64,000 bases of DNA from an uncultured Eubacteriales bacterium (GCA_934636435.1 CAKUAQ010000001.1:12732-76731); one strand, 5' to 3'; counted from the first letter of the stretch, positions 1 through 10,429 are shown. Numbers and translations are program-made. Notes: generated by a model from the letters alone, not told the origin.

Positions 1-1
1 G

Positions 2-127
2 GTGGCGCTTCTTTCGCTGCTGATGATGGCGGTGATCTGGGCGGTGATTCTGCTGGTGGCCTCGATGACGGTGCAGTTTGCCACGTTCTTTACCGATGTG
101 TTCAAAGAGTTTTCCTATAAGCTGTGA
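2..127 (+). CDS. 3' end of an upstream membrane-protein gene (partial, last 41 codons)
   Basis: Frame is open from the window edge to TGA at 125-127. Translation VALLSLLMMAVIWAVILLVASMTVQFATFF... is a hydrophobic helix. No family can be assigned. Confidence 0.4.
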   Translation: MALLSLLMMAVIWAVILLVASMTVQFATFFTDVFKEFSYKL

Positions 128-141
128 GGGAGGGAAAGCGT

Positions 142-2331
142 ATGACGAAACAGAAGAAGATCGCCGCTCTTTTCCTCGCGGCTGCGGTGCTGCTGCTCAG
201 CTGTTTTGCCGTGCTGGCGGAGACGGTGCCGGAGGGCTTTTCCTCCATGGAGGAATATCTGGATTTTCTGCTCAACGGCGGCACGCAGACTGCCGAAAAG
301 CCGCCGCTGCACCAAATGAAACTGGCGGGGGAAAACGAGCGGTTCCGGCTGTATTTCTATGATCGGGGCGTGGACCTGTTTCTGGAGGAGAAATCCACCG
401 GCAAGGTGTACGGCACGGCGGTGGACGATTCCTATTACGCCGTGGAGGAACTGCCGGAGAGCGCCTACAGCCGGCTGCTGACGCTGGAATACAGCGAGGA
501 CGGCAAGACCACGGCCGAGGCGGAGCTGGTGAATGCGACGGAGAATCAGTTTGCGGTTTCCGCCGCGGTGGACAGCGGCGCCGTCACCCTGCACGTGGGC
601 TTTATGGATGAAAAGCTCAATTTCGACGTAGTGGTGTCGCTGGAGGAGAACGGGCTGTGCGTGCGCATCCCCCAGTCCTCCATCGCGGAGAGCGACGGGC
701 TGCGGCTGGTGTCCATCCAGCTGTGTCCCTTCTTCGGGGCGGCCAAGCCCGGGGAGGACGGCTATGTGCTGTATCCGGACGGCTCCGGGGCGCTGATGAA
801 CGTGGCAACCTATAAAAAAGAGCAGCCGGAGTTTTATTCCTATCCCATCTATTGTGCGGACAAGGCGGATTTTTCCGCTCTGGAGGAGGCGGAATATCAG
901 GACCTGAAGTCCTGTATGCTGCCCTGCTACGGCATCAAGCATGCGGTGGGCGGAATCTTTACAGAGATCGAGCAGGGGGCGGAAAACGCCGTCCTCGACC
1001 TGTCGGTGGACACCTTCTATCAGGCGGCGTTCCGGCTGAATTACCGGGTGGCCTCGGCGGTGAAATACGAGTTTGCGTCCAAATCCTCCGGAGAGATCGA
1101 CACCATCGGCGAGGAGCTGTTTGCCGGCGACCGCACGGTGCATTACTATGTGCTGCCGGGGCAGCAAAACACGTATAGCGACATGGCGGTGCTGTATCGG
1201 CAGGTGCTGACCGACCGGCAGGTGCTGCAAAAGCAGGACACACCGCTGACCCTGTCGCTGGAGCTGTTCATGGGCATCGTGAAGAGCGGCATCTTCGGCG
1301 ATTCGCTGCAAAAGCTGACCACCTATGCCGGAGCCCAGAAGATCGTGGAGGATCTGAAAGACAGCGGCATCGACCGGGTGGATGTGCTGTTGCAGGGCTG
1401 GGCCGACGGAGGCTATACGGCGCTGCCCACCGGGACCGGCGCCGCCTCCGCGCTGGGCGGACAGGGGGCGCTGGATAAGCTGAGCGCGGCCGTGACGGGG
1501 AACGGCGGCCATGTGTATCTGGGCTGCAATATTTTGCGGGGGAACCGGGACACCGGCAGCTTCAACGCCCAATCCGATTCTCTGCGCAACGGCATCGACG
1601 TGGTGGTCACGGATAAGACCGAAAAGCTGTTTTTCCTCAATCCTGCGCGGACGCTGGAGACCTATGCCCGGAAGCTGTCCGCGGCGCAGAAAAACAGCGG
1701 CTATTGCTATCTGGATATGGGGCGTATCCTGCTGAGCAGCTTAGGGAAAACCAACGCCACCACCCGCGCACAGGTCATTGAACGGGAGCGGGCGGTGCTG
1801 GAGGGGCAGGAGAATGTGGCGGTTTCCGGCGGCGGGCTGTATACCTTCTCCTTTGCCGACCGGCTGTATGCTATTCCGGAGACCGATTCCGGCTATTATC
1901 AGTGCGACGCCACCGTTCCCTTTTATCCGATGGTGGTGCACGGCTATAAAAGCTATTCGGGGACGGCGGCGAACCTGAGCCACGATTACCGGTATCAGAA
2001 GCTGCAATTCATCGAGACCGGCTCTCTGCCCCATTTCGTCGTGACCGAAAACTCCCCGAATCTGCTGCAGGGCACGGACTATGACGGCATCTATTCTTCG
2101 GAGTATGCCGATTGGAGGGAGATCATCCTGGCCACCTACACCGATATGGCGCAGCGGCTGGGGGATCACTGGAGCGAGACCATCGACCGCCACGAGCGCC
2201 TGTCGGACAGTCTGGTACGCATCACCTACGGCAGCGGCACGACGGTGCTGCTGAATTACGGCGACAGCGAGGTCGTGCAGGACGGGGTGACGGTGCCGGC
2301 CATGGATTTTACCGTTGTGAAAGGACAGTGA
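142..2331 (+). CDS. Secreted protein of unknown function, first gene of the sugar-transporter locus
   Basis: ATG at 142 follows GAGGGAGGGAAAG. Signal-like N-terminus MTKQKKIAALFLAAAVLLLSCFAVLAE; 729 aa. No catalytic motif recognised. Large proteins of this kind commonly sit next to CUT1 sugar transporters in Clostridia, but I cannot name the family. Confidence 0.7.
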   Translation: MTKQKKIAALFLAAAVLLLSCFAVLAETVPEGFSSMEEYLDFLLNGGTQTAEKPPLHQMKLAGENERFRLYFYDRGVDLFLEEKSTGKVYGTAVDDSYYAVEELPESAYSRLLTLEYSEDGKTTAEAELVNATENQFAVSAAVDSGAVTLHVGFMDEKLNFDVVVSLEENGLCVRIPQSSIAESDGLRLVSIQLCPFFGAAKPGEDGYVLYPDGSGALMNVATYKKEQPEFYSYPIYCADKADFSALEEAEYQDLKSCMLPCYGIKHAVGGIFTEIEQGAENAVLDLSVDTFYQAAFRLNYRVASAVKYEFASKSSGEIDTIGEELFAGDRTVHYYVLPGQQNTYSDMAVLYRQVLTDRQVLQKQDTPLTLSLELFMGIVKSGIFGDSLQKLTTYAGAQKIVEDLKDSGIDRVDVLLQGWADGGYTALPTGTGAASALGGQGALDKLSAAVTGNGGHVYLGCNILRGNRDTGSFNAQSDSLRNGIDVVVTDKTEKLFFLNPARTLETYARKLSAAQKNSGYCYLDMGRILLSSLGKTNATTRAQVIERERAVLEGQENVAVSGGGLYTFSFADRLYAIPETDSGYYQCDATVPFYPMVVHGYKSYSGTAANLSHDYRYQKLQFIETGSLPHFVVTENSPNLLQGTDYDGIYSSEYADWREIILATYTDMAQRLGDHWSETIDRHERLSDSLVRITYGSGTTVLLNYGDSEVVQDGVTVPAMDFTVVKGQ

Positions 2332-2335
2332 GACT

Positions 2336-3205
2336 GTGAAGCGGACATTTGAACAAAAGCGGAAACTGACCGGTCTCATTTTCGTCGGCCCGTGGATGGT
2401 CATCGGGCTGGCGATGCTGGTGTATCCCTTTCTGTTTTCCTTTATTCTCAGCTTTTCCAAGCTGGAGAACAACGACTTTTCCCACATGGTGTTTGCGGGA
2501 CTGGTCAACTATAAAAAGGCATTCTTCACCGACGTCAAGTTTATCCCCTATTTCTGGGATACCGTTTCCAACACGCTTATCAACCTGCCGATGATCGTGA
2601 TCTTTTCGCTGATCCTGGCGATTCTGCTCAGCCGCAACATCAAGGGGCAGGGCTTCTTCCGGTCGGTGTTCTTCCTGCCGGTGCTGCTGGGCACCGGATT
2701 TGTGATGAATCAGCTGCTGGGGCAGGGGGTGGACTCCCAGAGCATGGAGGTTGCCCGGGGTATCCTAATGCCCAAGGTGGTAACGGATTATCTGGGGCCG
2801 GAGATCACCGAGGTGTGCGCCGCCTTTTTCAGCCGGATCACCACCGTGCTGTGGAAAAGCGGTGTGCAGATCGTGATCACTCTGGCGGGCATCCAGCAGA
2901 TCTCCCCGGCACTGTATGAGGCGGCTCGGGTGGACGGCGCCACCGAATGGGAGATGTTCTGGAAGATCACCCTGCCGATGATCACCCCGGTGCTGCTGCT
3001 GACCACGGTATACACCATCGTGGCATCCACTATCGAGGACAGTCAGGTGGTCAATTACATTATTGCCAACGCCTTCAACGGCGAGCACGTGCAATTTGAA
3101 TTTTCCGCCGCGATGGGCTGGGTGTATTTCCTGTTTGTGCTGGCGCTGGTCGGGATCGTGTTTGCCGCCATGCGTCCCTTCATCAAGCGGGTGGCGGAGG
3201 TTTGA
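2336..3205 (+). CDS. Carbohydrate ABC transporter permease (MalF/CUT1-type)
   Basis: Multi-TM protein with the EAA-loop signature ALYEAARVDGATEWEMFWKITLP. GTG start lies 4 nt after the previous stop. Confidence 0.85.
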   Translation: MKRTFEQKRKLTGLIFVGPWMVIGLAMLVYPFLFSFILSFSKLENNDFSHMVFAGLVNYKKAFFTDVKFIPYFWDTVSNTLINLPMIVIFSLILAILLSRNIKGQGFFRSVFFLPVLLGTGFVMNQLLGQGVDSQSMEVARGILMPKVVTDYLGPEITEVCAAFFSRITTVLWKSGVQIVITLAGIQQISPALYEAARVDGATEWEMFWKITLPMITPVLLLTTVYTIVASTIEDSQVVNYIIANAFNGEHVQFEFSAAMGWVYFLFVLALVGIVFAAMRPFIKRVAEV

Positions 3206-3207
3206 CG

Positions 3208-4152
3208 ATGAGTAAAGAGAGCTTGACATTTCAGACCGGTCTGCAAAAGGCACGGCTGCGGGGACCGGGGATTCTGCTGAAGATTCTGCTGTATGTGTTT
3301 CTGCTGGATCTGGTGTATACCTTTCTGTACCCGTTTCTCTATATGCTGGTGACTTCTTTCAAGTCCCCGGACGACATTCTGGATGCAACGGTCAACTGGG
3401 TGCCCTCCGTATTCTACCTGAAAAACTATCAGGTGAGCCTGGAGGTGCTGGATTATCCCCGGCGGCTGTTGAATACGGCGGCCATCACAGCTGTCTGTAC
3501 CGCCGGACATATCTTTTCCTGTGCGTATGTAGGCTACGGCTTTGCCCGGTATAATTTCTACGGAAAACGGTATGCCTTCACGCTGCTGATTCTGTCCATC
3601 ATTGTGCCGGTCCAGACCATCATCATTCCCCGGTATCTGCTGTACGGTGCCGTGGGCATCTCCCAGTCCAGCGCAGCCCTCTGGCTGCCGACGCTGTTCG
3701 GCTTCGGGCTGCAGGGCGGGCTGTTCATCTTCATCTTCCGGCAGTTTTTCCTGTCGCTGCCCAAATCACTGGAGGAGGCAGCCGCCATCGATGGCTGCGG
3801 CCCGGTGGGCACGTTTTTCCGCATCGCGCTGCCGACCGCCCGCTCCTCCATCATGGTGGTGCTGGTGCTGTCCATGGTATGGCACTGGAACGATTACTAT
3901 GAGCCGGGAATTTTCATTGTCCGGCAGGAGGATTTTCTGCTGACCATGATGCTGCCGGAGCTGTATTCGCTCATCAATTCCGGCGGGGCGACCGCCGGGG
4001 CGGTATCGGACGGCGGGATGGCGCAGATCTTCACGGAGGGCACCGCTATGGCGGCTACTGCCCTCACCGTCCTGCCCATATTCGTGGCGTATATGTTCCT
4101 GCAAAAGAAATTTGTGCAGGGCATTGAGAAAAGCGGCATCACCGGCGAATAA
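3208..4152 (+). CDS. Carbohydrate ABC transporter permease (MalG/CUT1-type)
   Basis: EAA loop LEEAAAIDGCGPVGTFFRIALP and multiple TM segments. ATG 3208 is 7 nt after GGCGGAGG (the track ORF starts at TTG 3202). Confidence 0.85.
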   Translation: MSKESLTFQTGLQKARLRGPGILLKILLYVFLLDLVYTFLYPFLYMLVTSFKSPDDILDATVNWVPSVFYLKNYQVSLEVLDYPRRLLNTAAITAVCTAGHIFSCAYVGYGFARYNFYGKRYAFTLLILSIIVPVQTIIIPRYLLYGAVGISQSSAALWLPTLFGFGLQGGLFIFIFRQFFLSLPKSLEEAAAIDGCGPVGTFFRIALPTARSSIMVVLVLSMVWHWNDYYEPGIFIVRQEDFLLTMMLPELYSLINSGGATAGAVSDGGMAQIFTEGTAMAATALTVLPIFVAYMFLQKKFVQGIEKSGITGE

Positions 4153-4199
4153 GCCGCCGGTGCATTCACACAACATATTTTTTTCAGGAGGTACGAATT

Positions 4200-5933
4200 A
4201 TGAAACGCATGTCAAGAGCGCTGGCGCTGGTTCTGGTACTGATCATGCTCACGAGCCTTTGCGCCTGCGGCAGACAGCCCACCACGTCCATCATCTATGA
4301 GGATGAGATCATCTATGAGAGCGGTGCGCCCCGGGACAACAGCGACGGCAGCACGTCGGACGGGAACACCTCCGGCGACACCGGCACCAAAGGGAACAAT
4401 TCCGGCTCCACCGGCGGCAAAACAGAGGTGATCAACAACTGCTATACCACCGGAACGAAGATCGCCAAGGATAAGATCACCTTTAAGGTGCTGGCCCGGG
4501 ATTATACCGGCGGTCAGTGCAATTTTGCCAACAGCGATTTCGCCAAGTATGTGGAAAAGAATCTGAATATTAAGCTGGAATGGACCACCTGCGTCCAGTC
4601 GGAGGTATCCACGAAGCTGACCTTGGCGTATGCCAGCAGCACCAATCCCTACGACCTGTATATGGGCGTTGCTCCCTCCGGTCACACAGCGTATATTCAG
4701 CAGGGCAAGCTGACGAAGCTCAATTCCTATATTGACAAATACGGCACCAACATTAAAAAGGTGTTCAAGGAATATCCGGAGGCGGAATACATCTGCACGG
4801 CGGAGGATAACGGCATCTATATGCTGCCCTTTGTCAACGACCGGCAGAATTTCTGCGACCTGCTGTATGTGAACAAGACCTGGCTGAAGGCGGCGGGCAA
4901 GTCCATCCCTCAGACCACCGACGAGCTGCGGGATGTGCTGGCAGCCTTCAAGAAGAAGTATCCCTCCAAGACCCCGCTGGTCTGCACCTCCGATGCCGGG
5001 CAGGATGTGGGTCCTTCCGTGTTCGGTATGTTCGGCATCTCCACCTATCATAACTGGTTGTACATCGACGATTCCAATAAGGTGCAGTTTGCCCCCATCG
5101 CCAACGAGTATCGGGACGGTCTGCGCTATTTCAACGGGCTGTTCAGTGCCGGGCTGCTGTCCTTTGCCTCCGGCGAGAGCGACGTGAAAGCTCTGACCGA
5201 TGCCGACAAGGTGGGCATGGTGCTGTGCGACTCCCCCGATATGGCGTTCTCCGCCGACAAATTCAACGCCAACTGGACGATGGTGCCGGTGCTGAATGTC
5301 GATAAGGGCGGCACCTGGTCCAACGTCAAGTATGAGAATACCTGGGCGGAATGGTTCATCGTCACCAAATCCTGCAAGTATCCGGAGGCGGCCGTGCGTC
5401 TGTGCGACTGGCTGTATTCCACCGAGGGCACGCTGATTGCCAGCTACGGCTCCGAGGGCAATTACTGGACCAGGAGCGGCAACAAGGTGACCCTGCACAA
5501 CGATAAAATTCCCTCCGGCAAGACTGCCCGGGAATATGGATATACGCTGACCCCCGGCTATTGCCTGCCCAAATGCGTGGGCGGCGACTATAACAAGCTG
5601 GAGATTGTGAACGCCAAGTCCACTCCCGAAAGCATAATGAGCAGCAGCATTGGTACGCTGCAAACCAACCTCATTGAACCGAAGGCGCAGCAGAAGTATT
5701 ATTTTCCCCACCTGACCTATCTCCAGTCGGAGTCCGCCAAGCTGGCGGAGCTGGGGGATTATAACCAGTATGTGTACGATATGCGGAAGCAGTTCATCAC
5801 CGGCACCAAGAGCGTGGATTCGGACTGGGATTCCTATGTGAATACCGTAAAATCCTCCTATAAGATGGATACACGTCTGTCGGTGGTAAATACCGCCTAT
5901 AAGCGGTTCTGCGCCTGGGAAAAATCCCGGTAA
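4200..5933 (+). CDS. Extracellular solute-binding lipoprotein (large sugar-binding component of the ABC transporter)
   Basis: RBS CAGGAGG. Lipobox LTSLCAC followed by a Ser/Gly/Thr/Asn-rich linker. 577 aa, the size class of large family-1 binding proteins. Directly follows the two permeases. Confidence 0.8.
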   Translation: MKRMSRALALVLVLIMLTSLCACGRQPTTSIIYEDEIIYESGAPRDNSDGSTSDGNTSGDTGTKGNNSGSTGGKTEVINNCYTTGTKIAKDKITFKVLARDYTGGQCNFANSDFAKYVEKNLNIKLEWTTCVQSEVSTKLTLAYASSTNPYDLYMGVAPSGHTAYIQQGKLTKLNSYIDKYGTNIKKVFKEYPEAEYICTAEDNGIYMLPFVNDRQNFCDLLYVNKTWLKAAGKSIPQTTDELRDVLAAFKKKYPSKTPLVCTSDAGQDVGPSVFGMFGISTYHNWLYIDDSNKVQFAPIANEYRDGLRYFNGLFSAGLLSFASGESDVKALTDADKVGMVLCDSPDMAFSADKFNANWTMVPVLNVDKGGTWSNVKYENTWAEWFIVTKSCKYPEAAVRLCDWLYSTEGTLIASYGSEGNYWTRSGNKVTLHNDKIPSGKTAREYGYTLTPGYCLPKCVGGDYNKLEIVNAKSTPESIMSSSIGTLQTNLIEPKAQQKYYFPHLTYLQSESAKLAELGDYNQYVYDMRKQFITGTKSVDSDWDSYVNTVKSSYKMDTRLSVVNTAYKRFCAWEKSR

Positions 5934-5949
5934 CGAAAGGACACTCGCT

Positions 5950-7404
5950 ATGAAGATTATCACCCCGGAGCAATTCGGTGCCGTCGCCGACGGCATCACC
6001 AATGACCTTTATGCGGTTTCTCTGGCGCTGGCCGAGGCGATGGCGGGAGACTGCACCGTGGAATTTGCGGCGGATAAGACCTACTATCTGGGCTATGACG
6101 GCCGGGTGGAGGCGCTGGCGGCGTTTGCGCTGCACGACTGCAAGAATGTGACCCTGCGGGGATGCAGGACCCGTATCCTCATCGACCGGCCGCTGTATTA
6201 TACCGAGATCGTCCGCACCGAAAACACCGTTCTGGAGGGCTTTATCTTTGATTATCGGGTGCGTCCCTTTGCACTGGGGACGGTGCTGGAGCGGGACGAC
6301 GAGGCGCTGACGGCGGTGGTGCAGGCGGATCGCAGCCTGCAGATCGACCGGGAGACGGATACGGAGTTTGCGGTGCTGCAGCGGGACGACGGTCGGTATC
6401 ACCTGTTTCTCCGGGGTGTGGAGCCGCTGGAGGAGGAGAACCGGTACCGGCTCCACTTCCGGGATGTGGCGGACACCCGGCGGTTCCTCAAGATGACCGA
6501 CACCTATCCGGTCATTCTGCCGTTGCCGGGCTTCGCCCATCGGATCGAGCGGGCGTTTTCCGTTACCGACAACACCGATTTCACCATGCGGCATTGCCGG
6601 GTGTGGAGCATGGCGCGGTTCGGCTTTGCCATCCTGCGGAATTACGGCACGCTGCTGTTTGACGATCTGCGGGTGGAAAAGGCGCCGGGCGAGCCCTGCA
6701 AGATCGTGGGCTGGCGGGACTGCTTCCATGTGAAGGAGAACCACGCCAAGTGCCTCTGGTATCGGTGCTATGCGGAATACTGCTACGACGATATTTTCAA
6801 TATTTCCGCTTCCACTCTCCATGTGCAGGAGGTGCTCTCCGAGACGGAGCTGGACTTCCGCTGGCGGGAAACGGGGGGCACCTACCCCTGTGTGGAAAAG
6901 GGGGATACCTTTTCCATCGTGGACACGGAGACCGGCCGGGATTACGGCACCGCCGTCGTCCGCGAGGTGGTGCGGCAGGAGGGCGGTCACAACGTGATCC
7001 GCTTCTGTACCCCCTTCCGGGGGGTGCCGGCGGGCGAGAGCATTTTCGCCTTCGATCTGGATAATGTGGCGCCCGGCTCCATCATTGAGGAATGCGATTT
7101 CCGGGGCACCTTCCGGTTCCGGGGTCCCATCGAGATCCGCCATTCCGACTTCTATGTTGCCAGAATGTGGATCGATGTGTACGAACGGCTGGAGGGTCCC
7201 GTCCCCCGGGACGTGTGCTTCCGGGATTGCACGCTCACCTGCGACGATGAGGAAAATCCCTATTTCCACATCGTAGCGCAGAGAAAATCCGTGCAGACGG
7301 AGCAGCCGTATCATCTGGAGAATATCGTGTTTGAACACTGCCGTTTGCCGGTGAAAACGCTGGAGATCGACCCGCTGGATAAGCCCTATGTGCGGCTGCC
7401 GTGA
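5950..7404 (+). CDS. Right-handed beta-helix (pectate-lyase-superfamily) glycan-active enzyme, cytoplasmic form
   Basis: N-terminus ITPEQFGAVADGITNDLYAVSLALAEA matches the FGAxGDGxTDD motif of the Pectate_lyase_3 family. No signal peptide. Clear paralog of 8563-10413. Confidence 0.7.
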   Translation: MKIITPEQFGAVADGITNDLYAVSLALAEAMAGDCTVEFAADKTYYLGYDGRVEALAAFALHDCKNVTLRGCRTRILIDRPLYYTEIVRTENTVLEGFIFDYRVRPFALGTVLERDDEALTAVVQADRSLQIDRETDTEFAVLQRDDGRYHLFLRGVEPLEEENRYRLHFRDVADTRRFLKMTDTYPVILPLPGFAHRIERAFSVTDNTDFTMRHCRVWSMARFGFAILRNYGTLLFDDLRVEKAPGEPCKIVGWRDCFHVKENHAKCLWYRCYAEYCYDDIFNISASTLHVQEVLSETELDFRWRETGGTYPCVEKGDTFSIVDTETGRDYGTAVVREVVRQEGGHNVIRFCTPFRGVPAGESIFAFDLDNVAPGSIIEECDFRGTFRFRGPIEIRHSDFYVARMWIDVYERLEGPVPRDVCFRDCTLTCDDEENPYFHIVAQRKSVQTEQPYHLENIVFEHCRLPVKTLEIDPLDKPYVRLP

Positions 7405-7425
7405 GGGCTCCGAAATGAGGTTCAA

Positions 7426-8550
7426 ATGAAGCGATACGATATAGCGGCCTATGTATGGCCGGCGTTTACCGGCGATGAGCCGCGCTCCCGGCTGTTTTGG
7501 CCGGAGGGCATCGGCGAATGGCAAACGGTGAAGAACGAGGTGCGGCAGTATCCGGAATTCAGTCTCAAGCGGAAACCCCTGTGGGGCTATGTGAATGAGG
7601 CAGACCCCGCCGTTATGGAAATGGAGATCGAGCAGGCCGTGTCCCATGGGGTCAATGTGTTTATCTATGACTGGTATTGGTACGATGGTCGTCCGTTTTT
7701 GGAGAATTGTCTCAACGAGGGCTTTCTCAAGGCGAAGAACCGACAGGATATGCGGTTTTACCTTATGTGGGCCAATCACGATGTGAATTACGGGTGGGAC
7801 ATCCGTAATTCCACGGCGGATTGCTTCGATTCGGTCATCTGGACGGGGCGGGTGGATGAAAAGCGGTTCGATGCAGTGTGCGACCGGGTGATCGGGCAGT
7901 ATTTTACCCGTCCGGAGTATTATTGCATCGACGGCTGTCCGGTGTTTATGATCTACGACATCGACAATCTGGTAAAAGGATTGGGTGGCGTGGATGTCGC
8001 CCGGCGAAAGCTCCACGAGTTTCGGGAAAGGTGCGTGAAAGCCGGTCTGCCGGGCTTACATCTGCAGATGGCGCAGTGGGGGAATGTGACCCACAACTAT
8101 TCCGGACTGGACACCAACGCCGGATGCAACACGGCGATCCTGGCGCACACCTTGGGCTTTGACAGTGCCACCAACTACCAGTTTACCCATTTTGTCGATG
8201 TGATCCGCAATTACAGCGAGGTGCTGCCGGATGCACAGGCGATGTGGGAGACGTTTTATGCTCAGTATGACGGGCGGTATTTTCCCCATGTGTCGGTGGG
8301 GTGGGATAACAATCTCCGCTATCGGGGATTCCGCAATGAGTATGTGCGCCATAACGAGCCGGAGGAATTCAAAAAGGCGCTGTGGGCGGTGAAGGACTTT
8401 GTGGATCGTCACAGACTGAAAACGCCCCTCATCACCGTCAACAGCTGGAACGAATGGACGGAATGCAGTTATCTGGAGCCGGATCTCCTGTATGGGTACG
8501 GATATCTTGAGGCGATCCGAGAGGTGTTTGTCAATCAATCCAAAGAGTAA
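7426..8550 (+). CDS. GH99-like / WbsX-family protein
   Basis: DIAAYVWPAF...WPEGIGEWQTVKN...PLWGYVNEADPAVMEMEIEQAVSHGVNVFIYDWYWYDG follows the N-terminal pattern I recall for Glyco_tran_WbsX (AFYLPQFH..W..GFTEW...GYYDL..vm..Q...A...GI..F..Y.YWF). Confidence 0.6.
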   Translation: MKRYDIAAYVWPAFTGDEPRSRLFWPEGIGEWQTVKNEVRQYPEFSLKRKPLWGYVNEADPAVMEMEIEQAVSHGVNVFIYDWYWYDGRPFLENCLNEGFLKAKNRQDMRFYLMWANHDVNYGWDIRNSTADCFDSVIWTGRVDEKRFDAVCDRVIGQYFTRPEYYCIDGCPVFMIYDIDNLVKGLGGVDVARRKLHEFRERCVKAGLPGLHLQMAQWGNVTHNYSGLDTNAGCNTAILAHTLGFDSATNYQFTHFVDVIRNYSEVLPDAQAMWETFYAQYDGRYFPHVSVGWDNNLRYRGFRNEYVRHNEPEEFKKALWAVKDFVDRHRLKTPLITVNSWNEWTECSYLEPDLLYGYGYLEAIREVFVNQSKE

Positions 8551-8562
8551 GAGGTGCCGTAT

Positions 8563-10413
8563 ATGAAACTGAACCCCAAGAATTTTACGAAAAAGCAGTG
8601 GATCATCGCCATTGCCGCGCTGGTGCTGGTGCTGGCGATCATCGGCGGGCTGCTGTGGTTTTTCCTCCTTTCCGATCCAGGGAAAAACGTGATCGTCAAG
8701 AAGCGGCGGAAGATCATCGTCCCCGCGCCCGAAACCAGCGACGTATCCGACCCGTCGGAGGATCCGGGCGGGGACGGGGACGGGGACGGGGGCGGCTCCT
8801 TCCTGGTCAACATCCTGTATAGGGTGCGCAATACGCTCTTCGACCTGTTCGGCGACGAGGAAGGCGGCACGGCGTACCTGAACGAAAGCTATGCGGTCAA
8901 GACCCTGTATGCCAAGGATTACGGGGTCAAGGGGGACGGCGTCACCGACGACGGCCCCGCCGTTGCCAAGGCCATTGTTGCCATTATGGACTGCGGTCCC
9001 GGCTCCCGGCTGGTTTTTGAAAGCAATAAGACCTACCTCATCAACGATATGCCCACCGCCTCCATCTATTTGCAGGGGGTGCGGGGGCTGACCGTGGACG
9101 GGGGCAACAGCACCTTCCTGCTGAAAAACAAGCGGCAGTATGTGTCGCTGTCGGGGACCAAGGACTGCACGGTGGAGAATTTCCGTTTTGACCATGCGGT
9201 GAAGTCCGCATTCACCGCCGCCTATGTGCGCACGGATAGCAACGGTATTCTTATGCGCGCCGATCGGGATATCGGTCTGGCGGACGGAGAGAAATACGGG
9301 TCGCCCATCTCCGACTGGTTCGGGGTCATCAATAAGCACGACAGCCGCTATCATATGTATGTCGCCTCCTATACGATGGTGAGCCGGAGCGAACGGACCT
9401 TCTATATACAATTCACCGAGGATGCCAACACCAATAACTGGGCGGCCAACGGGCTGCTGGAGCAGTACGGGATGATCTGCCCCATGCCCGGCACCGGCCA
9501 CACCAGCGAGCGGGGCTTCACCATCGACGGCAACGATTCCTGTACCCTGTCGGCGATCAAAATTCACGATTGCTCCCGGTTCGGTATGTATATCGGCAGC
9601 AACACGGGTAAGCTGACGTTCCGGGCGGTGGATTTTGTCCCGGCGGAAAATGATCTGGATCGGAAGATGAACTTCACCTCCTGGCGGGATGCGTTCCATG
9701 TGAAGGATAACACCGCCTCCATCCATTGGGAGAATTGCGTGGCCACCGGCAATTATGACGATGTGTTCAACATCTCCAGCACCACCTGCCATCTCAAGGA
9801 GTACAATCTGGCGAAAAACCGGCTGAACGTGGTGCGGAACGATACCCGAAGCACCTATGTGACCATCGTGCCGGGAGACACCGTCAACCTGGTGGATACC
9901 ACCACCGGGGAGGATCTGGGTTCGGCTACCGTCACCCGGGTCATCAGGCAGCAGGGCATCGACAATATTATCGTGCTGGATCGGTCTCTGGAGCGGCTGA
10001 ACGAGACGGGTGAGAGCATTCTTGTGTTCTTCACCAGCCGCTGCGCCCCCGGTTCCACCATCACCGGCTGCGATTTCGACGGCACCTTCCGTTTCCGGGG
10101 GCCGCTGACCGTGACCGATACGAAATTCTACAATATGCGGACCTGGATCGACCTCTATGGAAGCATTGAGGGACCGGTGCCGAAGAACATCATCTTCCGC
10201 AATTGTACAATCACCAAGGCCGGCGGTGCGACGATTATTCTGGGCGCCGACAGCGGAAATACCGAGAAGAACGCCTATCATATCGAGAATATTCGCTTTG
10301 AAAACTGCACGCTGGATCCCACCATGCTGAACCCCTACGCTTCGGATGAGGCCTATGTGATTCTGCGGGATTGTAAGGAGCCGGACGGAACAGCCATACC
10401 GGACAGGAACTGA
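8563..10413 (+). CDS. Membrane-anchored right-handed beta-helix (pectate-lyase-superfamily) enzyme, extracellular paralog
   Basis: ATG 8563 is 9 nt after AAGAGG. N-terminal TM helix WIIAIAALVLVLAIIGGLLWFFLL, acidic Gly/Asp linker, then YAKDYGVKGDGVTDDGPAVAKAI. Shares WRDAFHVKDN..DDVFNISS and CDFDGTFRFRGP...WIDLYGSIEGPVPKNIIFRNCT blocks with 5950-7404. Confidence 0.75.
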   Translation: MKLNPKNFTKKQWIIAIAALVLVLAIIGGLLWFFLLSDPGKNVIVKKRRKIIVPAPETSDVSDPSEDPGGDGDGDGGGSFLVNILYRVRNTLFDLFGDEEGGTAYLNESYAVKTLYAKDYGVKGDGVTDDGPAVAKAIVAIMDCGPGSRLVFESNKTYLINDMPTASIYLQGVRGLTVDGGNSTFLLKNKRQYVSLSGTKDCTVENFRFDHAVKSAFTAAYVRTDSNGILMRADRDIGLADGEKYGSPISDWFGVINKHDSRYHMYVASYTMVSRSERTFYIQFTEDANTNNWAANGLLEQYGMICPMPGTGHTSERGFTIDGNDSCTLSAIKIHDCSRFGMYIGSNTGKLTFRAVDFVPAENDLDRKMNFTSWRDAFHVKDNTASIHWENCVATGNYDDVFNISSTTCHLKEYNLAKNRLNVVRNDTRSTYVTIVPGDTVNLVDTTTGEDLGSATVTRVIRQQGIDNIIVLDRSLERLNETGESILVFFTSRCAPGSTITGCDFDGTFRFRGPLTVTDTKFYNMRTWIDLYGSIEGPVPKNIIFRNCTITKAGGATIILGADSGNTEKNAYHIENIRFENCTLDPTMLNPYASDEAYVILRDCKEPDGTAIPDRN

Positions 10414-10429
10414 ACGAAAGAGGGATATC

